Origin: Candidatus Latescibacterota bacterium | GTDB taxonomy: Bacteria > Latescibacterota > UBA2968 > UBA8231 | Length of the DNA stretch: 64,000 nucleotides | Assembly: GCA_965203175.1 (NCBI GenBank) | Contig: OZ241867.1 | Coordinates: forward strand, 2,656,001 to 2,720,000 | Reading direction: 5' to 3' | In this document: piece by piece, positions 58,582-64,000 of the stretch | How the letters are laid out: each line of letters begins with the position of its first letter | Numbering within the stretch: position 1 is the stretch's first letter | Made by a program: the position numbers and the translations under genes | The notes under the pieces: generated by a model | What the model saw: only the letters and a program-made list of their open reading frames with translations | The model's database searches: none | What the model was told of the DNA's origin: nothing

Positions 58582-59919
58582 TTAGTTGTTGATGTGCTGA
58601 AAATCCGCGTACGCGGGCTGGCCGTGCTCACTTAAGTCGAGGCCCTCATCCTCGTCTTCCTCATCGACGCGGAACCCGAGTGTCGCCTTGACAATGGTCG
58701 CGAGGATAAAGGAAAAGACAAAGGCGAAGATGGCAAAAGATAGGGTACCCAATAGCTGGATGCCTACACTGTGGTCGGCGTTGGTACTGAATATCCCGAC
58801 CGCGACCGTGCCCCAGACGCCACAGATGCCGTGGACGGAGATGGCACCGACCGGATCGTCGATCTTGATGCGGTCGATAAAGACAATAGAGAAGACGACG
58901 ATGATTCCGGCGATTAGCCCAATCCAGATGGCTCCGCCCCAAGTGACCACGTCGGCACCAGCCGTGATGCCCACTAGCCCGGCGAGAATGCCGTTGAGCG
59001 CCATGGTGATGTCGGGCTTTTTAAGGTAAATATAAGAGGTAAAAATCGAAGCCATGCAACCGGCCGCAGCGGCGAGGGTCGTGGTGACGAAGACCAGCGA
59101 TACGGCCGCGGGGTCGGCGCTGAGCACCGAGCCGCCGTTGAAGCCGAACCAGCCGAGCCAGAGCAGGAAGACGCCGATAGTTGACAGCGGCATGCTGTGC
59201 CCGAGGATGGGCCTGATTTCCCCGTTGTGGTATTTGCCCTTGCGCGCCCCTAGCACTATGACTGCGGCGAGGGCCGAAAAGCCGCCAAAAGCGTGCACTA
59301 CCGACGAACCGGCGAAGTCGTAGAAACCGAGGTCATCGAGCCAGCCAGCGCCCCACTTCCAGGAGCCTGCTATGGTGTAGCCAAAGGCCACCAAAATCGC
59401 GGCGTAGAGCATGAAGCCCGACAGCTTGACGCGCTCGGCCACCGCACCGGAGACGATGGTGGCGGCGGTGGCGGCAAACATGGCTTGGAAGATGAAGTCC
59501 GACCAATAGGTGTAATCTGCGTACTGATTGGTCAGATTGGCCACATCGTCGTCAAAGCCGATCCAGCCCTTGAGGGCCAACACATCGGCGATGATCCAAT
59601 CGTCGCCCGGATACATGATGTTGAAACCGCACAAGGCGTAGGTGAGGATGCCGGCCGAGATGATAAAGAGGTTCTTGAAGAGGATGTTGACCGTGTTCTT
59701 CTGCCGGGTCAGGCCGGATTCGAGCGTGGCAAAGCCCAAGTGCATGATGAAGACCAACGCTGCGGCGATGAGAATCCACAGGTTGTCCACCATGAATTTG
59801 GGATAGGCCAAGGGCATGGCCTGAAAATCTTCCATGGCTCCGGCTGAAGCCTGAGTGGCCGCCCCGAGGACCCCGGCACAGATCCATAAGAGCGAAGGAC
59901 GGTTGCGAAAAACAGACAT
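58582..59919 (-). CDS. amtB: Ammonium transporter
   Basis: FQAMFAAT, DFAGSSVVH, WFGFNGGS, DDPVGAISVHG. Confidence 0.96.
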   Translation of the reverse strand: MSVFRNRPSLLWICAGVLGAATQASAGAMEDFQAMPLAYPKFMVDNLWILIAAALVFIMHLGFATLESGLTRQKNTVNILFKNLFIISAGILTYALCGFNIMYPGDDWIIADVLALKGWIGFDDDVANLTNQYADYTYWSDFIFQAMFAATAATIVSGAVAERVKLSGFMLYAAILVAFGYTIAGSWKWGAGWLDDLGFYDFAGSSVVHAFGGFSALAAVIVLGARKGKYHNGEIRPILGHSMPLSTIGVFLLWLGWFGFNGGSVLSADPAAVSLVFVTTTLAAAAGCMASIFTSYIYLKKPDITMALNGILAGLVGITAGADVVTWGGAIWIGLIAGIIVVFSIVFIDRIKIDDPVGAISVHGICGVWGTVAVGIFSTNADHSVGIQLLGTLSFAIFAFVFSFILATIVKATLGFRVDEEDEDEGLDLSEHGQPAYADFQHINN

Positions 59920-59995
59920 GGGCAATCCCTTCCCTTGAATGAGGTAAGGAGGCATCCTGTCGATGCCTCGTAGATGCGAACGTCGGATACTACAA

Positions 59996-60011
59996 GGCAA
60001 GAAATGTGCCA
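59996..60011 (-). promoter_or_regulatory. Sigma54 promoter of amtB-glnK-porin-glnA
   Basis: Minus strand TGGCACATTTCTTGCC. Confidence 0.87.
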
Positions 60012-60100
60012 AGTGGATTGAGTGCGGATACGTCAGAATTGTAGCTTATTGTAAATTAGGGAGTTAGAAAAAATAACAATAAAGAGAGAAACGAGGTCGG

Positions 60101-60151
60101 CATAACTACAAAATTGAAATAGTGTTAAAAAATGACAATTTTGTAGTTATG
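60101..60151. promoter_or_regulatory. Inverted pair of activator sites upstream of the amtB promoter
   Basis: 16-bp IR CATAACTACAAAATTG / CAATTTTGTAGTTATG, overlapping TACAAAATTGAA and GACAATTTTGTA. Confidence 0.65.
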
Positions 60152-60155
60152 TTGT

Positions 60156-61709
60156 TCATTTCTTGTAGTTTTTTGGGCAGATATCCAGTTTTTGGATGCG
60201 ATAAGAGAAAATGCGGGTTGTAGTGCCGAGGGTGCGGGCGGCCTTGGCCATATTGCCGCGGGCGTTCTTGAGGGCTTCGATGATGATTTCTCGTTCATAG
60301 GACCGCATCATCGTCTTAAACGAACCCGTGACCGGTGTTCCGGTAGCGTCAGCCGTTTGCAGTGAGGGGGGCAGATGATGGCCGTGGATGACGCCGTCGT
60401 TACTGAGAATGATCGCCCGTTCAATGCAGTTTTCCAACTCGCGCACATTGCCCGGCCAGTGGTAGCTCATCATCATGTCAATGGCGGGCGTAGAAATGCG
60501 GTACATCTCCACGCCGTGCTGGTGGGAGTACTTTTCGAGGAAGTGGTCGGCGAGCTGGAGGATGTCGGATTTGCGCTCGCGCAAGGGCGGAATGAAGATG
60601 GGAAAGACATTGAGGCGATAGAAAAGATCCTCGCGAAATGTTCCCTCAGCTATGGCTTTTTCCAGATCTATGTGAGTTGCCGCGATGACCCGCACATCGA
60701 CTGGCACTGGGCCGCGGCCACCGAGGCGCTCGACTTCGCGATTTTGCAGCACGCGGAGCAGCTTGACCTGCGCGCCCAAGCTGAGCTCGCCGATTTCGTC
60801 GAGGAAAATCGTCCCGCCGCGCGCCCGTTCAAATCGACCGGCTTTGCTCGTCGAGGCTCCGGTGTAAGCGCCGCGCTCGTAGCCGAATAGCTCGGATTCG
60901 ACCAAGGTTTCCGGCAGGGCGGCGACGTGCACTTTGACGAAGGGTTTATCGGCACGTAAGCTGTTGTAATGTATGGCATCTGCGGCAAGTTCTTTACCCG
61001 TGCCGCTCGCGCCGCGCAACAGGACCGTGGCGTCGCTGGGAGCCACTTGACCGATGAGTTGGCAAACCTCTTGCATGGGGCGGGAGTTGCCGATGAGGTT
61101 GGCGGGGTGGAAGCGCTCGCGGAGCTCGTTTTGCAGGCGCAAATTTTCGTCGAGAAGCTGGGTTTGCTCGGCGCGGGCGCGTTGGCGGGCGGCGACTGAT
61201 TGGCCGATCATGACAGATATGATGGACAGCAGGCGCACGGTATCTTGCAGGCTTTCGTTGTCCTTATAAGGAATATCGACGCTAATGGTGCCTACCACCT
61301 GCTGCTGTTGGAGGATGGGCACGCAAATGAACGAGGTTTGGTTCTTGGCCGCACTGCCGCGGGCACCGGTGCGGTTGAGGAAGAGAGGCTCGCTGCTGAT
61401 GCGCGGCACGATCACGGGTTTGCCAGATTCTACGACCTTGCCGGTGATGCCTTCCCCGACGTCGTAGCGGCCCCGCTTGATTTCCGATTGTGAGAGTCCA
61501 TAAGCCACGTCAATGGAGACTTCGGAGGCTTCTTGGCTCAAGAGGCTGACCGTCCCCAAACTCATGTCGAGTTGGTCGCTCATGAGCTTGAGAATGACGT
61601 TGACTGCCTCCTCAAACTCGGTTGTCGAGCCTAGTAGCTGCCCGATTTCATGTAGAATAGAGATCTGTTGTTGAGCATTGGCGGTCGGTTGGGTGGACAT
61701 ATAAGCCAT
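60156..61709 (-). CDS. NifA-like GAF-AAA+-HTH sigma54 activator
   Basis: N-terminal GAF ([14 protein letters not shown]), [27 protein letters not shown]. No receiver domain. Confidence 0.9.
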   Translation of the reverse strand: MAYMSTQPTANAQQQISILHEIGQLLGSTTEFEEAVNVILKLMSDQLDMSLGTVSLLSQEASEVSIDVAYGLSQSEIKRGRYDVGEGITGKVVESGKPVIVPRISSEPLFLNRTGARGSAAKNQTSFICVPILQQQQVVGTISVDIPYKDNESLQDTVRLLSIISVMIGQSVAARQRARAEQTQLLDENLRLQNELRERFHPANLIGNSRPMQEVCQLIGQVAPSDATVLLRGASGTGKELAADAIHYNSLRADKPFVKVHVAALPETLVESELFGYERGAYTGASTSKAGRFERARGGTIFLDEIGELSLGAQVKLLRVLQNREVERLGGRGPVPVDVRVIAATHIDLEKAIAEGTFREDLFYRLNVFPIFIPPLRERKSDILQLADHFLEKYSHQHGVEMYRISTPAIDMMMSYHWPGNVRELENCIERAIILSNDGVIHGHHLPPSLQTADATGTPVTGSFKTMMRSYEREIIIEALKNARGNMAKAARTLGTTTRIFSYRIQKLDICPKNYKK

Positions 61710-61719
61710 CCTATTTTAC

Positions 61720-61895
61720 GACATTTTTGTCATTATAATAGATAAAAAATACATTTTTGTAAATATCGGAAAGTCACATATTCGTTGTTAAAGACGAAAA
61801 ATCGACCAAAAATACAGGGTTATACGCCGCAAAAGGCCGTTATTCAATCGAAATCAAAAGGAACGTCGTACATTGTTGTAGCATAAACTATGCCA
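61720..61895 (-). promoter_or_regulatory. Sigma54-like promoter and three palindromic sites upstream of the NifA-like gene
   Basis: Minus strand TGGCATAGTTTATGCT (61880-95). Sites GACATTTTTGTC (61720), TACATTTTTGTA (61750) and TACATTGTTGTA (61869). Confidence 0.65.
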
Positions 61896-62040
61896 TCGCA
61901 GGCTAGGGTTCAGAGGGGCCGTAGGAATGGTGCGGCCCTCAAGGCTACGGGAAGGTCATTGCCGCAACGCATCAACTCGGTTATTATTCTGCTATGAGAG
62001 TTTCTAAAACGTCAGTAAACAGCAGTCCTGCGAGGTCGGC

Positions 62041-62814
62041 ATGAGTCGAGATATGACCGACCTACTAAACGAATGGTCCTTCGACCCAGAGGCGAATGTG
62101 CGGAAAATATCGGGAAGGGACGGGGTTGCGAAGATCCAGATCCGGGTGGACCAAGGGGCCTTTCAGGGCATTTTGCAGGTAAACCTCGACGGCCGACCCG
62201 ATGGCCGCCGGCCCCACGGGCAGGACTTTGCTCTCGATTACTACCGGGACGAATTGGAAAGATACCGCCGCGAACATGGGGCCAGCGACGAGGGTTTCGC
62301 GCTCGATGAAGCGGCTTGCCGCGAGCTTTTTGACGAGGGGAGCCGCTTGTACAAGCGCTATGCCTTTCTGATCCAATTGCACGACTACCGGCGAGTCGTA
62401 CGCGATACCGAGCGCAATATGGAGCTCTTTCGGTTCGTCAACCGCTATGCCGAGGACGAAGAGGACCGCGACAATCTGGAAAAATGGTGGCCTTATATCT
62501 TGCGCATCAACGGCGTAGCTCAGGCCATGATAGCCATTGGCGACCAAGAGTACGACAGAGCATTGGCCATCGTGCGGCGGACCCGCGCGCGGATTGGCAC
62601 GTGGCCCGAGGTGGAAGCCGAAGAGTTCTATATCGAGCGCGAGCGTTCAGAAGCTGCCCTCGAAGAGTTGGAGCAGGAGATTTTGCAAAAGAGACCGCTG
62701 AGCCAAAAGGAGCAGTTAGAGCGCTGGCTACAAGAAGCGGTTGATAGCGAAGATTTTGAAAAAGCCGCGCTCTTGCGCGACGAACTCAAGAAGTTGCGGG
62801 AAGGTGAAGGCTGA
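62041..62814 (+). CDS. UvrB/UvrC-motif-containing conserved protein
   Basis: C-terminal LQEAVDSEDFEKAALLRDEL and N-terminal GRPDGRRPHG. Confidence 0.8.
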   Translation: MSRDMTDLLNEWSFDPEANVRKISGRDGVAKIQIRVDQGAFQGILQVNLDGRPDGRRPHGQDFALDYYRDELERYRREHGASDEGFALDEAACRELFDEGSRLYKRYAFLIQLHDYRRVVRDTERNMELFRFVNRYAEDEEDRDNLEKWWPYILRINGVAQAMIAIGDQEYDRALAIVRRTRARIGTWPEVEAEEFYIERERSEAALEELEQEILQKRPLSQKEQLERWLQEAVDSEDFEKAALLRDELKKLREGEG

Positions 62815-62856
62815 GCAATCGGGTGCCGCCCGCAACAAAATCCTACCGAATTAGCG

Positions 62857-62885
62857 GTCCGCTGCCCTAGACGCGGGCAGCGGAC
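62857..62885. terminator. Hairpin between convergent genes
   Basis: 11-bp arms GTCCGCTGCCC / GGGCAGCGGAC. U-tract is weak. Confidence 0.5.
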
Positions 62886-62897
62886 TCACTTACAATT

Positions 62898-63770
62898 CTA
62901 ATAAAATTCCGTCTCATCTACCAACGCGAGGAGCGACTGGTAGCGAGTCGGGTGGCGGAGTTTACTCAGGGCGCGCTCCTTGAGCTGGCGCACGCGCTCC
63001 CGCGTCAGGCCCATCAACCCACCGATCTGCTCCAAGGTCAGAGCTTGACTGCCATCGAGGCCGAAGTAGAGGCGAATAATGCGCAACTCGCGGTCTTCGA
63101 GGCTGGCGAGGGCTTCCTCTAAGTGGGCACGGGCCGAGGTTTGCAAGACGTCGCTGTCGGGCGTCTCCTGATTGTCATCGGCGAGGAGGCTGAGCAGGCT
63201 GCGATCGTCGTCGTTTTCAAAAGACTCGTCGAGCGAACGCACTGAGCGGGCGCTGAGCATAGTGTCGAGAATCTCTTCGGTTGGCAGGCCCAACTCAGTG
63301 GCGATTTCCTCGACATCCGGCTCGCTCTCGCGGCCTTGGCCCAGCTTGCGCACGGCCCGCGAAATATCCTTGAGCAGGCTGAGCTTATTCAACGGTAGGC
63401 GCACAGTGCGGGCGTGCTCGGCGATAGTCTGCAAGATGGATTGCTTGATCCACCACACGGCGTACGAGATGAACTTGTATCCCTTGGTGCCGTCGAAGCG
63501 CTCGGCAGCGGTCAGCAAGCCCACATTACCCGCGCTGATTAAGTCCTCTAGCGAGAGGCCGCGGTTCTGATAGTTTTTGGCCACATCGATGACGAAGCGC
63601 AGGTTGGCCTGAACCAACTCGTCGCGGGCGTTCATGTCGCCATCCTGGATCCGCTCCGAGAGTTCGACTTCCCGCTGACGGCTCAGCGGCCTAGACTCGG
63701 CGATGTCGTCGAAGTAGAGGCGCAGGGTGTTGTCCTCGTCATTTAGGGCTTCTTGGATCGCGTAAGCCAT
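62898..63770 (-). CDS. RNA polymerase sigma factor, RpoD/SigA family (no region 1.1)
   Basis: ANLRFV, DLISAGNVGL, KFISYAVWWI, LTRERVRQ. Confidence 0.93.
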   Translation of the reverse strand: MAYAIQEALNDEDNTLRLYFDDIAESRPLSRQREVELSERIQDGDMNARDELVQANLRFVIDVAKNYQNRGLSLEDLISAGNVGLLTAAERFDGTKGYKFISYAVWWIKQSILQTIAEHARTVRLPLNKLSLLKDISRAVRKLGQGRESEPDVEEIATELGLPTEEILDTMLSARSVRSLDESFENDDDRSLLSLLADDNQETPDSDVLQTSARAHLEEALASLEDRELRIIRLYFGLDGSQALTLEQIGGLMGLTRERVRQLKERALSKLRHPTRYQSLLALVDETEFY

Positions 63771-64000
63771 GTGCGAAACCTTCCTTAGGTAATGGGGTCA
63801 GCAGGTGCAAATTTTTGCACTTAGTTGCAACAATTTTGGGCCGATGTCCTGCAAGGCGCTTGAATTGCGCGAGTTAGAAGCATCAGGTTCTATATGCTCA
63901 AAGTGCAAAAATTGCATCTCTACAGTTTCAACTCGGGGCTGCAAAGCGTCCCCGCGTTGCTCAATGCTTGATCCGACAAAATTGTTTGCTCTGTATTAAC

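Noticed and set aside
59920-59990. Glutamine (glnA-motif) riboswitch in the amtB leader
   Set aside because: A GAGGCATC/GATGCCTC hairpin and CGTTC are present, but the conserved CGGAAGTA/GAACG core is not.
60156-61709. Calling this nifA, implying nitrogen fixation
   Set aside because: No nif structural genes in the window, and no TGT-N10-ACA site at the adjacent promoter.
1-64000. Numerous overlapping alternate-frame and antisense ORFs in the track
   Set aside because: Expected in GC-rich DNA. They are Arg/Pro/Ala-rich, lack motifs and overlap well-supported genes.

Overview
A GC-rich bacterial chromosomal segment. Gene content and a C-terminal 'SWGRVK' tail suggest an FCB-related heterotroph such as Latescibacterota or Poribacteria; this is inference only. 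Core-like blocks are a large sugar-uptake/catabolism operon (two CUT1 binding proteins, a CUT2 ABC system, epimerases, GGT), oxidoreductase/kinase genes, an M16 peptidase, mltF, a PAS kinase with a sigma54 regulator, TRAP transporter, rpiA, fused IOR, def, a sigma54-driven amtB-glnK-porin-glnA operon with a NifA-like activator, and an RpoD-family sigma factor. Three accessory hotspots (1-2585, 14724-24573, 27402-31755) carry toxin-antitoxin, defence and peptidase genes, several of them truncated, plus an IS1-family element. Main signals missed by the ORF track: (1) a UGA-recoded UxxC peroxiredoxin-like selenoprotein with a SECIS-like hairpin; (2) a sigma54 operon (Spy/CpxP-like protein with SWGRVK tail, DxDxDG repeat protein, outer-membrane barrel) with paired palindromic enhancer sites, convergent on a two-component system; (3) a five-copy KACA-N4-TGTM motif suggesting a NifA-like nitrogen regulon with no ntrB/ntrC next to it; (4) a double-operator, probably leaderless promoter on a DUF4143-like ATPase; (5) a palindromic element inserted in frame in def; (6) head-to-head gene accretion with truncation at neighbouring stop codons. 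Family assignments come from motif recognition, not database searches. No rRNA, tRNA or CRISPR array was seen.
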